DNA from: Alphaproteobacteria bacterium
Lineage (GTDB): Bacteria > Pseudomonadota > Alphaproteobacteria > GCA-2731375
NCBI GenBank assembly: GCA_965232515.1
Contig: CBDDPY010000002.1
Location: 1,568,001 to 1,632,000 of the forward strand
Reading direction: 5' to 3'
Length of the DNA stretch: 64,000 nt
A model generated the notes under the pieces. That model ran no database searches. It had not been told where the DNA came from and saw nothing but the letters and a program-made list of their open reading frames with translations. A program made the translations under genes and the position numbers. This document shows, in pieces, positions 7,997 to 18,425 of this stretch. Numbering within the stretch: position 1 is the stretch's first letter; every line of letters starts with the position of its first letter.

Positions 7997-9961
7997 TTAG
8001 TTGTCGGCCGGATACGGGCCGAGCTTGATGCGGATGCCGACGTAACCGGCGATGCCGGGCGTGCCGAAGCCGAAAACTTCCTGGTAATCGTCGTCGAGCA
8101 GGTTCTCGCCACGGGCAAAGATTTCGACGCCATCGGCGACGGCATAGCTGGCGTTCAGGTTCACCAGCGTGAAGCTGCTCAGCGTCACGTTCCGTCTGGT
8201 GAGCGGAGAGAAGCTGTCGAAGACGATGTCGTCCTGTCGGCCGTTGAAGCGGAAACCCAGATTCACGTCGCCCGGCTTGCCGAACAGCGCGAAGGCGTGA
8301 CCGGCGTTGATGCTGGCGATATGCCGGGCGCGGCGCACGAGTTCCGTGCCGTCGGCATCCTCGCCGTCGGTGAAGGTATAGGCGGCGTCGAGACGCAGGC
8401 CCGGCCATGGTTCGGCCGACGCCGTGACCTCGATGCCCTGGATCTTGCTGGTGCCGGGCAGATTGACGGCCGTGTTGCCGCCGCCCTGGATCAGATCTTC
8501 GATGCGGTTGTTGAAGTAGGTGACGTCGACGATCAACCGGTCGCCGAGCAACGCCTGCTCGACGCCGACATCCCAGCCGAGGCTTTCCTCGGCCGTGAGG
8601 TTCGGATTGCCGGTGAAGGTCGGCGTCGACCCGAACAGCTCGAACAGCGTCGGGTTCTTGACGCCGCGGCCGACGCTCGCGTGCAGCCGGGTGCCGGTCG
8701 GGTCGTGCAGATAGGCCGCTGTACCGCGATAGGTGCTCTCGTTGTCGAACAGATCGTCGTTGTCGTCGTAGCGGAGGCTGCCGGAGAGGAACAGCCGATC
8801 CCAGAGGCCGATGCGATATTCGCCGACATAGCCATAATTGACGATATCGACGCCATTGGGTCCGGCGAAGCCGCTTTCGGTGAACTGCTCTTCCCGCTCG
8901 CGCTCGGCCGCCAGCGTCACCGTGTGCTCGGCACGGGCGATGTCGGACGTCGTGAACAGGACGTTGATCTGGTAGTCGAGCTTGGACTTCTCGCCCTCGG
9001 ATGTGAATGTCTGCGCGCCGGTGCGGTCGAAGAAATCGCGTTCGTTCTCGACGTGGCTGGCGTTGGCGATGTGCTGCCACGCGCCGTCGAAGAGATCGAG
9101 CCGGGCGCCGATCCGGCCGTAGCGCTCGAGTGTGTCGGACTCATCGTCGGAATCGATCGCGTTGACGACGGCCGCGTCGGCATCGCCTTCCCGCTCGCTC
9201 TCGACCAGCATGCCGACGGCGTCGATCTCGAGGTTGTCGAACGGCCGAAATCCGAGCTTCAGCCGCGCCGTCGTGTTGTCGTAGCCGTCGTCCTCGGCAT
9301 TGCCGTTGGCGGCATCCGCGACGGAAACGCCGTTGGTCGCGAGCCGGTTGACGGTGGCGCTGACAAAGAACCGCTCACCACCATAGCCGAGACCGAGCAG
9401 GCCATCGCGGGTCGTGAACGACCCGGCCTCGCCACGCGCGGTCAGCGTCAGTCCCGGTTGCGGCCGCCTGGTGACGATGTTGACGACGCCGCCGATAGCA
9501 TCGCTGCCGTAGAGCGCGCTCTGCGGTCCACGCAGCACCTCGATGCGGTCGACCTCGGCATTCAGGAGGTTGGCGAAATCGAACTCGGATCCGCCGGCCG
9601 GATTGTTGACCTCGATACCGTCGATCAGCACCAGCGTCTGGTTGCCTTCCGCGCCGCGGATGCGCAATTGCGTCAGCGCCCCGACCGGCCCCGCCCGATT
9701 GACGGCAACGCCCGGAACGTCGCGCAGCACGTCGGAGACGACGCGAACCTGACGTCGTTCGAGCTGCTCGCCGGTGATCACCGTGACGGCGCTGCCGATT
9801 TCGTCGGCCGGCAGCGGCATACGGCTGGCCGAAACGACGATTTCGGGCAGCCGGAGCGCCGAATCGTCGGCCATTGCCGCAAGGTTAGATACGCCGACTG
9901 TCACGGCGATCAGGCACGCCAACAGGCGATTTAAGACATATCGATGTGAAGAAACGAACAT
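7997..9961 (-). CDS. btuB: TonB-dependent cobalamin receptor
   Basis: TonB box EIVVSASR, plug motif IEVLRGPQSALYGSDAIGGVVNI, NPNL and ENLLD; lies downstream of a cobalamin riboswitch. Confidence 0.9.
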   Translation of the reverse strand: MFVSSHRYVLNRLLACLIAVTVGVSNLAAMADDSALRLPEIVVSASRMPLPADEIGSAVTVITGEQLERRQVRVVSDVLRDVPGVAVNRAGPVGALTQLRIRGAEGNQTLVLIDGIEVNNPAGGSEFDFANLLNAEVDRIEVLRGPQSALYGSDAIGGVVNIVTRRPQPGLTLTARGEAGSFTTRDGLLGLGYGGERFFVSATVNRLATNGVSVADAANGNAEDDGYDNTTARLKLGFRPFDNLEIDAVGMLVESEREGDADAAVVNAIDSDDESDTLERYGRIGARLDLFDGAWQHIANASHVENERDFFDRTGAQTFTSEGEKSKLDYQINVLFTTSDIARAEHTVTLAAEREREEQFTESGFAGPNGVDIVNYGYVGEYRIGLWDRLFLSGSLRYDDNDDLFDNESTYRGTAAYLHDPTGTRLHASVGRGVKNPTLFELFGSTPTFTGNPNLTAEESLGWDVGVEQALLGDRLIVDVTYFNNRIEDLIQGGGNTAVNLPGTSKIQGIEVTASAEPWPGLRLDAAYTFTDGEDADGTELVRRARHIASINAGHAFALFGKPGDVNLGFRFNGRQDDIVFDSFSPLTRRNVTLSSFTLVNLNASYAVADGVEIFARGENLLDDDYQEVFGFGTPGIAGYVGIRIKLGPYPADN

Positions 9962-10221
9962 TGACGGCCCCCTTCGGTCTTGCCGGTTCAAGATCTGAGT
10001 GGAGGCGCATGACGGCCCGTGCCGCCGGCGCCCGACGACGGAAACCGACGTCGCGGCCGAGCGGAACGGCCAGCCCGATTCGATCGAGCCTTGAACGTTT
10101 CAACGGTCCGGGAGGAATTTCACCCACGACCAAAACCCCCAGCAGCCACGCGTTTCCGCGCGCCACCGCAAACGGGTTTCCGTCCCACCGACACACCCCG
10201 GACCGTGGTTGGGTGACGCTG

Positions 10222-10412
10222 GCGACGGCAGGTCTCCTGGCTCACGGGTCGTCGCCAGCGCCCGGCCTTCCCAGTTTCCCAGTGGCCAGATTTGGGCGCT
10301 CGCTCGCCGCCTACAGTTGCGGGGGCAGCCGGGGCATCGGTTTGACCGCCCGATATCGGCGATCGCGTCTTACCCCGTTCCCTTTCACGTCCCTTGCGGG
10401 AACCGTCACTGC
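10222..10412 (-). ncRNA. Cobalamin (B12) riboswitch
   Basis: Minus strand reads GGTTCCC..AAAGGGAA..GCCCCCGCAACTGT..GCCACTGGGAAACTGGGAAGG..GAGCCAGGAGACCTGCC (B12 box), upstream of btuB. Ends are approximate. Confidence 0.93.
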
Positions 10413-10571
10413 GCCGATCCTAGCTTCGCCAATATTGAGGGCGCAACCGATTTGGCGCACGCGCATGCGATTCTGATTGGAAATACCGATCATAAGTCGC
10501 TGATATATCGATTTTCCAAATCAAACCAACCCTGTCATCTTCGGACCACCACGAGATCAGGAGACCCGAGG

Positions 10572-12071
10572 ATGAACATGGCGCTGAAAACGCACGATAC
10601 GGAGGACATGCTGGTGGCGGCGGATACGGCCGAGTCCGTGCCGGTCACCGTTGCCTATGGCGACGGCATCGGACCGGAAATCATGAATGCGAGCCTGAAG
10701 GTGCTGTTGGCGGCGGGCGCGAAACTGTCCATCGAGCCGATCGATATCGGCGAGCAGGTCTATCTCGCCGGACATTCGGCAGGGATCTCGTCGGAGGCCT
10801 GGAACAGCCTGCGCCGCACCAAGCTGTTCTACAAGGCGCCGATCACGACGCCGCAGGGCGGCGGCTACAAGAGCCTGAACGTGACCGTGCGCAAGACGCT
10901 GGGGCTGTTCGCCAACGTCCGGCCGAGCGTCGCTTATTCGCCGTTCGTCGCGACCAAACATCCCGGCATGGACGTGGTCGTGGTGCGCGAGAACGAGGAA
11001 GACCTTTATGCCGGCATCGAGCACCGGCAGACCGACGACGTGGTGCAGTGCCTGAAGCTGATCTCGCGGCCGGGCTGCGAGAAGATCGCGCGCTATGCCT
11101 TCGAATACGCGAAGGCGCACGGCCGCCAAAAGGTTACCTGCTTCACCAAAGACAACATCATGAAGCTGAGCGACGGCCTGTTCCACCAGGTCTTCGACGA
11201 GGTCGCGGCCGAGTATCCGGAGATCGAGAACGAGCACTGGATCATCGACATTGGCGCGGCGAAGCTGGCCGACACGCCCGAGGCGTTCGACGTCGTCGTC
11301 ATGCCCAACCTCTATGGCGATGTCCTGAGCGACGTCTCGGCGCAGATCGCCGGCTCGGTCGGCCTGGCGCCATCGGCCAATATCGGCGCCGAATGCGCCA
11401 TGTTCGAGGCGATCCACGGCTCGGCGCCGCGCCGCGCCGGCCAGGACATCGCTAACCCGTCCGGCCTGTTGCTGGCGGGCGTGATGATGATGGTGCATGC
11501 GGGCCAACCCGCCGTCGCCGAGCGCGTCCACAACGCCTGGCTGAAGACCATCGAGGACGGCATCCACACCTACGACATCTTCAAGGAAGGCGTGTCGACC
11601 AAGAAAGTCGGGACCTCGGCCTTTGCGAACGCCGTGATCGCCAACCTGGGCCAAAAGCCGACGCAGCTGCAGCCGGTCACCTATGCCGCCAACGCCAAGC
11701 CGTTCGCGGTGCCGACCGCCAGTCCGCGCACGCCGGCCAACAAGGAGCTCGTCGGCATCGACGTCTTCGTACAGTCGACGGCGCCGGTCTCGCAGCTCGC
11801 CGGCGACATGCAGCGGGCGGACAACGGCGCGGTGAAGCTGGCCATGATCACCAACCGGGGCGTCAAGGTCTGGCCGGACGGTTTGCCCGAGACCTTCTGC
11901 ACCGACCACTGGCGCTGCCGCTTCCTGGCAAATCCGGGCGAGACCTTCGACCACGCGTCGATTGTCAAGCTGCTGACAAGCCTGACGACGGCCGGCATCG
12001 ACTTTATCAAGACCGAGCATCTCTACATGTTCGACGGCGAGCCGGGCTATTCCCTAGGCCAAGGCCAATAG
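10572..12071 (+). CDS. icd: NADP-dependent isocitrate dehydrogenase (type with extra C-terminal domain)
   Basis: GDGIGPEI, KAPITTPQGGGYKSLNV, RENEEDLY, NLYGD, FEAIHGSAP; C-terminal MITNRGVKVWP...YSLGQGQ. Confidence 0.95.
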   Translation: MNMALKTHDTEDMLVAADTAESVPVTVAYGDGIGPEIMNASLKVLLAAGAKLSIEPIDIGEQVYLAGHSAGISSEAWNSLRRTKLFYKAPITTPQGGGYKSLNVTVRKTLGLFANVRPSVAYSPFVATKHPGMDVVVVRENEEDLYAGIEHRQTDDVVQCLKLISRPGCEKIARYAFEYAKAHGRQKVTCFTKDNIMKLSDGLFHQVFDEVAAEYPEIENEHWIIDIGAAKLADTPEAFDVVVMPNLYGDVLSDVSAQIAGSVGLAPSANIGAECAMFEAIHGSAPRRAGQDIANPSGLLLAGVMMMVHAGQPAVAERVHNAWLKTIEDGIHTYDIFKEGVSTKKVGTSAFANAVIANLGQKPTQLQPVTYAANAKPFAVPTASPRTPANKELVGIDVFVQSTAPVSQLAGDMQRADNGAVKLAMITNRGVKVWPDGLPETFCTDHWRCRFLANPGETFDHASIVKLLTSLTTAGIDFIKTEHLYMFDGEPGYSLGQGQ

Positions 12072-12075
12072 GACA

Positions 12076-12107
12076 ACGGCGCGCCCTCTCCGCCGAGGGC
12101 GCGCCGT
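12076..12107 (+). terminator. Hairpin after icd
   Basis: ACGGCGCGCCCTC-tccgcc-GAGGGCGCGCCGT, a 13-bp stem between convergent genes. Confidence 0.55.
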
Positions 12108-12198
12108 CATTGCCGATGCGGCGCATCTCAAAGTCTGCATATGGCCTATACGTGCATCTTTAGACCGTGAACAAACGTCGGACGCGGCGTTTTCTTGG

Positions 12199-13140
12199 TT
12201 AGTGCCGGGCGGCACGACGGAAGGCGCCGGGGCCGGTGCCGAAGGCGGCTTTGAAACGGCGGGTGAAGGACGGCAGGCTGGCGTAGCCGCAACGTAGCGC
12301 GATCTCGTCGGTGCCGAGACTGGTATCCCGCAGCAGCCGGCGCGCCTGCATCAAGCGCCAGTTGGTGAGATAGGCGATGGGCGTTTCGCCGACCATCGTC
12401 GTAAAACGCTCGGCGAACACGCTGCGCGACATGCCGGCGGCGCGCGCGAGGCTGGTCAGCGTCCAGGGCGTTTCCGGCTGGTCATGCATGCCGCGCAGCG
12501 CGGCGCCAAGTTTCGGATCGGACAAGGCCTGCAGATAACCGGAGGACGCCGCGGCCTCGCCGCCGATCCGCGCCCGCACGGTCTGGATGAACACCACCTC
12601 GAGCAGCCGGCTGAGGATGCCGTTCATTCCCTCGCCGGCGAAATCGGCCTCCATGGCCATGAGCCGCAGGACGGCGGCCAGCCACGGCTCGCCGCCGAGC
12701 TTCGACGGAACGACCTCGATGAACTCGGGCAACAGCGACAGAACGGGGTGATCGACCGCCTCGTCGAAGCTGCAGAAACCGCAGAGCAGGCGCACGCGCC
12801 CCTCGCCATCATGGCGAATGGTCAGCACGCCGGCTTCGTCGGGCGCTACCCGGGCCAGCACGGCGTCCAACCGCTTGGGCTTGCGTCCCGCGCGGTCGGC
12901 CAGAATATGCGCCCGGCCGTGCGGCACGACCGCCAGGTCGCCGGCTTCCAACACGACGGCCTCGCCATCACCGCTGAGCGCCACGGCGCAGCGGCCCTGC
13001 AGCACCAGATGGAAACGGATCTTGCGTCGGTCGGCCGGGATCTCGATGGCCCAGGCGCCGGTTATGTCGGTCCGGAAATAGAGCTCGCTACGCAGATGCA
13101 GAGCCTGAAAAACGTCGGAAAGGACATCCGTTTTGTTCAT
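12199..13140 (-). CDS. AraC-family regulator with N-terminal cupin (RclR-like)
   Basis: N-terminal FHLVLQG; C-terminal WTLTSLA..AGMSRSVFAERF and GYASLPSFTRRFK helix-turn-helix. Confidence 0.92.
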   Translation of the reverse strand: MNKTDVLSDVFQALHLRSELYFRTDITGAWAIEIPADRRKIRFHLVLQGRCAVALSGDGEAVVLEAGDLAVVPHGRAHILADRAGRKPKRLDAVLARVAPDEAGVLTIRHDGEGRVRLLCGFCSFDEAVDHPVLSLLPEFIEVVPSKLGGEPWLAAVLRLMAMEADFAGEGMNGILSRLLEVVFIQTVRARIGGEAAASSGYLQALSDPKLGAALRGMHDQPETPWTLTSLARAAGMSRSVFAERFTTMVGETPIAYLTNWRLMQARRLLRDTSLGTDEIALRCGYASLPSFTRRFKAAFGTGPGAFRRAARH

Positions 13141-13246
13141 ACCGGCAACACTGACAGACGATCGGATAAAAACAAAGCACTAGTGGGCAAATACTTTCCG
13201 CCGTCTACCGACTACATCCGGGGCGACCAATGACGGAGGCCTCGAT

Positions 13247-14113
13247 ATGAGCAAGACGTTTCTGATCACCGGCGCGACCGGCAAGGTCGGCTCCGCCGTC
13301 GCACGGGCGCTCGCCGCGCAAGGCATTCGCGCCCGCCTCGCCCAACATGCGGCGACGGTCGACATTGACGGCCACGACGCGGTGCCGTTCGACTATGACG
13401 ATCCGGCGACGATCCGGTCCGCACTCGACGGCGTCGACGGGCTGGTTCTGCTGACCCCGCCCGCGAACCGGCAGACGGATTGGGCGGCGCTGACGATCGA
13501 CTTCGCCCTGAGCGCAGGCGTCGACCGCATCGTGCGGCTGTCCGTCGCCGCCGCGCCGCTGGTGCCGGGCATTCAGCTCGGCCGCTGGCACCGCATGACC
13601 GAGCGCTATCTGCAGGCCTCGGGCGCGCGCTGGACCATCGTCCGGCCGGTGCCCTACATGCAGAACTTTCTCGGCATGTATTCGGCCGCGGACGACGGCG
13701 CGTTGACGGCGCCGCTGGGCGAAGCCGCGATCTCGTATGTCGACGCCGAGGATGTGGGCAGGTTCTGCGCCTGGGCGCTGCAGAACGACGACGCGATCGG
13801 CGAGACCTATACCGTCACCGGCGACGATGTGCTGACCACAAGCGCCGCCGTGGCGGCTCTGGAAACGACGCTCGGGACCGCTGTCGCCTACCGGCCGGCC
13901 GGGATCGGCGATTGGCGGCGACAGATGGCGGCCGGCGGCGCCCCGGGCTGGTTCGTCGATGCGCTGGCAGAACTGCTCACGGCGCTAAGCGCCGGCGCCG
14001 TCTCGGCGACGACGCAAACGCTTGCCAACACGCTGCCGTCGCCGCCAACATCCTTCGCCGATTTCGCCGCCCGGCACCGGGATCAGCTGCGGGCGCGGTT
14101 TTCATCTCAATAA
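13247..14113 (+). CDS. NmrA-like/atypical SDR NAD(P)H-binding protein
   Basis: ITGATGKVG, WTIVRP..YMQN, ISYVDAEDVG. Confidence 0.88.
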   Translation: MSKTFLITGATGKVGSAVARALAAQGIRARLAQHAATVDIDGHDAVPFDYDDPATIRSALDGVDGLVLLTPPANRQTDWAALTIDFALSAGVDRIVRLSVAAAPLVPGIQLGRWHRMTERYLQASGARWTIVRPVPYMQNFLGMYSAADDGALTAPLGEAAISYVDAEDVGRFCAWALQNDDAIGETYTVTGDDVLTTSAAVAALETTLGTAVAYRPAGIGDWRRQMAAGGAPGWFVDALAELLTALSAGAVSATTQTLANTLPSPPTSFADFAARHRDQLRARFSSQ

Positions 14114-14136
14114 GACCTGCCGACCAGGAGCCAGCC

Positions 14137-14565
14137 ATGAAGATCGACGTGCCGCAGAGCCTTGCGGCCTGGAACGAACGCGGGACGGCGTATCTGCCCG
14201 GCCTGCTGGGCATGGAATTCGTGAAGGTCGAGCCGGACGAGGTCGTCGGCCGTTTCACGGTGAGCCGCGCGCACAGCGCCTGGAACGGCTTCCTGCACGC
14301 CGGCGCCGTCGTCAGCCTGGCCGATACCTGCTGCGGCTACGGCACGCTCAAGGCCCTGCCGGACGGCGCCGACGGCTTCACGACGGTCGATCTCGCGTCG
14401 AACTTCGTCGGCACCGCGCGCAACGACACCGTGACCTGCACCGCCCGGCCGCTACATCAGGGCCGGACGACGCAGGTCTGGGACGCGACGGTAACATCGG
14501 AGGCCTCAGGCAAGGCTATCGCGCACTTCCGCTGCACGCAGATGATCCTCTGGCCGAAATCCTGA
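14137..14565 (+). CDS. PaaI-family hotdog thioesterase
   Basis: NGFLHAGAVVSLADT and HQGRTTQVWDA; AGGAG RBS. Confidence 0.9.
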   Translation: MKIDVPQSLAAWNERGTAYLPGLLGMEFVKVEPDEVVGRFTVSRAHSAWNGFLHAGAVVSLADTCCGYGTLKALPDGADGFTTVDLASNFVGTARNDTVTCTARPLHQGRTTQVWDATVTSEASGKAIAHFRCTQMILWPKS

Positions 14566-14581
14566 GCGCGTCACCCGTGCG

Positions 14582-15052
14582 TCACTCGGCGAACTGGACG
14601 TAAACGCCACCGGGGCCGGGCGGCGAGAGCTGCAGCCCCTCGCCGCTGGCCTTGGCCTTGATCACCACGCATTTGCTGTTGTTGGCGAGCACTTCGCCCT
14701 TGCCAACCGCGACCGTGGCGGCGGCACTGCCGCCGTAATAGACGCCGATGAAATCCTTGAGGTCGCTGAGATTGTAGACGTCGCCCTCGACCTTGCGCAC
14801 CGTCGCCCCGGTTTCGATCAGCTTCAGGCCCTGGAAGCTGAAATTGTGACTCTCGCCATTGTTCAGCGTCAGCGTGCCCTTGCCCCAGCGGATGCCGGCG
14901 ATAAAGGCGACACTGGTTAGGTCGGCCGTTATCGTCCCGGACTTGACCATGCCCTGCTCTTCGCAGGGCGTCTGCTCCTGGGCCTGGGCCGGCATGACCG
15001 CAACGAGACCGCCGAGCGCGCAGCACAACGCGAACAGAATGCTGGTTTTCAT
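14582..15052 (-). CDS. Secreted EipA/DUF1134-like small beta protein
   Basis: Signal peptide MKTSILFALCC..AQA; SVAFIAGIRWGKGTLT and GDVYNL..L.DF.G.Y. Confidence 0.6.
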   Translation of the reverse strand: MKTSILFALCCALGGLVAVMPAQAQEQTPCEEQGMVKSGTITADLTSVAFIAGIRWGKGTLTLNNGESHNFSFQGLKLIETGATVRKVEGDVYNLSDLKDFIGVYYGGSAAATVAVGKGEVLANNSKCVVIKAKASGEGLQLSPPGPGGVYVQFAE

Positions 15053-15245
15053 GATGATGCCCCTGTTTCGGTTGGTGGACCCCTGCCCGAACCCACTTTC
15101 CGCAATACTTGCAAAAGTATGCCGCCGTACACCGAGGTCAAACCGACGGCGCGAAGAATGCGTCAAAAGCCGCGATGCGCTTCATGACCTTATCCCCCGA
15201 ATCGGCCGATGATGGCGGGCGCTGGAAAAATCGGGGCGGATCGTC

Positions 15246-15863
15246 GTGGCGGAAGATGTTGCAGGAACCGCGGGTTATGTCGAAGAGGCCGCGCGGCTGA
15301 TCGCACCCTATGAGGAGATCGCGTTCGAGGACGTGCATGCGGCCGTGCTGCACCTGGTGCCGCCGAACGCCGGACGGGTGCTCGATGTCGGCGCCGGCAC
15401 GGGGCGCGACGCCGCGCGGTTCGCCGAGATGGGCCATCGGGTGGTGGCGGTTGAGCCGACCGACGCGCTGCGCGAAGCCGCGATCCGGCTGCATCCGTCG
15501 CCGGCGATCGACTGGGTCGATGACGGGCTGCCCGAGCTGATGCACGTCGTCGCGCGCAACGAACAGTTCGATGTCGTCATGCTGACCGCCGTCTGGATGC
15601 ATCTCGACGCCGCCGAGCGCCGAACGGGGATGCCGGTCCTTGCTGGCCTGCTACGGCGCGGCGGCGTCATGATCATGTCGCTGCGCCACGGACCGGTGCC
15701 GGACGGTCGCCGGATGTTCGAGGTGACGGCCGAAGAGACAATCGACCTTGCGGCAGCCGATGGCTTGCGGCCGACGCTGCAACGGCAAAGCGAGTCCCTG
15801 CAAGCGGCGAACCGGCGCGCCGGCGTCACCTGGACGCACCTGGCCTTCGAACGGCCGCGCTAG
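15246..15863 (+). CDS. Class I SAM-dependent methyltransferase
   Basis: VLDVGAGTGRDA, FDVVMLTAVWMHL, SLRHGP. Confidence 0.9.
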   Translation: MAEDVAGTAGYVEEAARLIAPYEEIAFEDVHAAVLHLVPPNAGRVLDVGAGTGRDAARFAEMGHRVVAVEPTDALREAAIRLHPSPAIDWVDDGLPELMHVVARNEQFDVVMLTAVWMHLDAAERRTGMPVLAGLLRRGGVMIMSLRHGPVPDGRRMFEVTAEETIDLAAADGLRPTLQRQSESLQAANRRAGVTWTHLAFERPR

Positions 15864-17107
15864 TTCAGACCGAGTTGCTTGCCGGCGTTTTCGTGGACGA
15901 TCCAGTCCTGGGCCTCGAGTGCCGCCCGCGCGGCCGGACTGATCGAGCCCTCGAACCACATCTCGCCGCCGCTGACGCCCTCGATATTGGCGAGGTCCTG
16001 CATGTTCGTCGCGTGCCGTTGGGCGATCGCGCCGGTCCAGGCGAGGTGGTCGATGGGGAACACGCCGACGAGCACGCCGTCCGCGCGCTGGCCGAACGGC
16101 GCATTGCCGATCCGGACGAAGCGCGCGAGCGGGGTCACCTCACGGTGATAGCCCATCAGCGCCTCGGCCCAGCGCCGCATGAAATAGGCCTCGTCCTCGT
16201 TCTGCACCAGAAGCGTCCGCTCGACAAAAGCCTGGCGCTGGCCGGCGCCGGTGCGGGCCATGGCCTCGACCAGGACGGTCTTCTGTGTCGGTGAGAATTT
16301 CGGGTGCTCCAGAAACAGCCGCGCGATGTCGTCGTTGACATACATCGCCGACAGTTTGTCGGCGTTGATGCGCTTGAGTTCCGCCGGGGTGTTCTCGGCG
16401 ATCAGCTTAGCCATGCCGCCGGCAAGCTTGGTGCCGGAGAGCGCGCGGCCGGCCGGCGCGTCGATAGCGCCGAATGCTGCCGAGACCGTCATGGTGCCGC
16501 CGGTCGCGGCCCAGCTGATCTCATCCAGCCGTTCGCGGACCGGCGGAAAGTTGGTGTAGGGGTCGATGCCGAAGCCGAAGGCGAACTGACGCTTCGCCTC
16601 GTCGAAACCGAGCGCGGTCTTAAGGGCGCCGGCCTCCTGGTCGCTCGGGCTGCCGAACATGGAATGGCCGAGGCTTTGGAAGAAGGTACCGACTCCAGAG
16701 CCAATTCTTTTCGTCGTCTCGACCGGACTAGTGACCAGATTGCCGACCGTGCGGAACGGCATCTTGGCGCCTTCCTTGACGGCGTCCTTGAACACATCGG
16801 TGCGCTTGATGTCGTCCATGCTGTCGAGCGCCGCCAGTTCAGCCAACCGCTCGCGCATCAGCGCATTACCCTGTACCTGATAGGTCTCGCCATCGACGGT
16901 GACGGCGAACCGGTTCAGATAGCCATTGTTCCTGGCCGCCGGATCGATGTCGTAGTTCGCACCGGACAGTGAAAATCCACCCAGCATCTCACTGGCATCG
17001 AAGGTCGGTGGAACGTCCGCTTCGTTGTCGGCAGGTGCCGTCTGAGTTAACGCCAACACGGTGGCCGTTCCGAAACCGAGTGCGGCAAGCCAGGCGATAC
17101 GGTTCAT
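15860..17107 (-). CDS. Uncharacterised exported protein
   Basis: 415 aa, signal peptide, GGGAGG RBS, coding-like codon bias; no family recognised. Confidence 0.75.
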   Translation of the reverse strand: MNRIAWLAALGFGTATVLALTQTAPADNEADVPPTFDASEMLGGFSLSGANYDIDPAARNNGYLNRFAVTVDGETYQVQGNALMRERLAELAALDSMDDIKRTDVFKDAVKEGAKMPFRTVGNLVTSPVETTKRIGSGVGTFFQSLGHSMFGSPSDQEAGALKTALGFDEAKRQFAFGFGIDPYTNFPPVRERLDEISWAATGGTMTVSAAFGAIDAPAGRALSGTKLAGGMAKLIAENTPAELKRINADKLSAMYVNDDIARLFLEHPKFSPTQKTVLVEAMARTGAGQRQAFVERTLLVQNEDEAYFMRRWAEALMGYHREVTPLARFVRIGNAPFGQRADGVLVGVFPIDHLAWTGAIAQRHATNMQDLANIEGVSGGEMWFEGSISPAARAALEAQDWIVHENAGKQLGLN

Positions 17108-17291
17108 GAAACCCTCCCAAACGCGGCCGGCGGCGTCCTTCAGGTTTGAACTTATTCGTGGCCGCTAATACATCGCGTTGAAAGTCTTCCCAGTATGGGC
17201 ACATGTAAATTACAGCAACAATACTTCGTCGACCGGGTAACCTGCTGTAACAATGCCGGACTGTTTGCGGTCGTGGATGGGAGATCTGACA

Positions 17292-18389
17292 ATGCACCGG
17301 CGGCATAGATCGCGCGCGGTCCTGATCGCCGTGGCCGCAGCCCTGCTGACGGCGGCCTGCGACGATGCGCCGCCCGAGCAAGCGGAACGCGTCCGCGCGA
17401 TCAAACCCTACTTCGTCGCCGAGCCGGCCGGCGGCGACGTGCGGCGCTATTCCGGCACGATCAGCGCGGCGAATACGTCCGCGCTGAGCTTCGCTGTTGC
17501 CGGCACCGTACAGACCGTCGCCGTCAACCAGGGCGACCGCGTGACGCAAGGCCAGGTGCTGGCGACGCTCGATGCGAAACCGTTCGAGCTGGACGTACAG
17601 GCGCAGCAATCCCAGGAGGCGACGGCACAGGCCGAATTCGACAACCGGCGGGTCGAGCTCGACCGGCAGCGCCAGCTGTTCGAACGCGGCTGGGTGGCGC
17701 GCGCCGCCTACGATCAGGCCGTGGCCGCGTTCGAGGCGGCGGAGGGCAACCTCAACCTCGCGCGCTCGCGCCTGGGCCTGGCCGAGCGCGACCTGACGAA
17801 TACGCGACTGGCGGCGCCCTTCGATGGCGTGATCTCGACCCGCAGCGTCGAACCGTTCATCGAGGTCCAGCGCGGCCAGACGGTGCTGCAGCTGGACTCG
17901 GCGGGCGCCTTCGAGGTCGACCTGTCCATTCCCGATACCGTGGTCGGTCGGTTGTCGCTGGGCGCGCCCGTGAGCATCGATGCGGCGACGGTGCCGGGCT
18001 GCGGCTGCAGCGGCCGGATCACCGAGATCGGCGCTGAGGCGGGCGCGGCGAACGCGGTGCCGGTGACCGCGGCAATCGCCGAAGCGCCGAACGGCCTGTT
18101 GCCGGGCATGGCGGTCGAGGCGAGCGTCATTCTGACCGACGATGGCGGACCGCGCGGTTTCCTGGTGCCGTTGGTGGCGATCGCCGAGGGCGACGAAAAC
18201 GCGCGCGGCTATGTCTTCAAATTCGACCCGCAAGCCGGCGTGGTCCGCCGCACCGCCGTGCGCGGCGACGGCAGCGTCAGCGGCAATCTGGTCAGCATCG
18301 ACGAAGGTGTCGCGGCCGGCGACATCATCGCCGCGGCCGGCGTGAGCTTCCTGCGCGACGGCCAGCGGGTGACGTTGATGGGCCAATAG
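17292..18389 (+). CDS. RND efflux periplasmic adaptor (MFP), lipoprotein
   Basis: Lipobox LTAAC, LSFAVAGTV..V.V.QGDRV and LAAPFDG. Confidence 0.9.
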   Translation: MHRRHRSRAVLIAVAAALLTAACDDAPPEQAERVRAIKPYFVAEPAGGDVRRYSGTISAANTSALSFAVAGTVQTVAVNQGDRVTQGQVLATLDAKPFELDVQAQQSQEATAQAEFDNRRVELDRQRQLFERGWVARAAYDQAVAAFEAAEGNLNLARSRLGLAERDLTNTRLAAPFDGVISTRSVEPFIEVQRGQTVLQLDSAGAFEVDLSIPDTVVGRLSLGAPVSIDAATVPGCGCSGRITEIGAEAGAANAVPVTAAIAEAPNGLLPGMAVEASVILTDDGGPRGFLVPLVAIAEGDENARGYVFKFDPQAGVVRRTAVRGDGSVSGNLVSIDEGVAAGDIIAAAGVSFLRDGQRVTLMGQ

Positions 18390-18425
18390 CGCCGCTTTCC
18401 GGCGCCGGCGGAGGCGACCGACATC

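Noticed and set aside
7980-9080. Apparent 566-aa ORF overlapping btuB
   Set aside because: Only the last 199 codons are protein-like and they have their own RBS; the rest is an alternative frame of btuB.
10209-10571. 121-aa N-terminal extension of icd in the ORF track
   Set aside because: It runs through the antisense of the cobalamin riboswitch; the AGGAG RBS and the start of recognisable IDH sequence favour ATG 10572.
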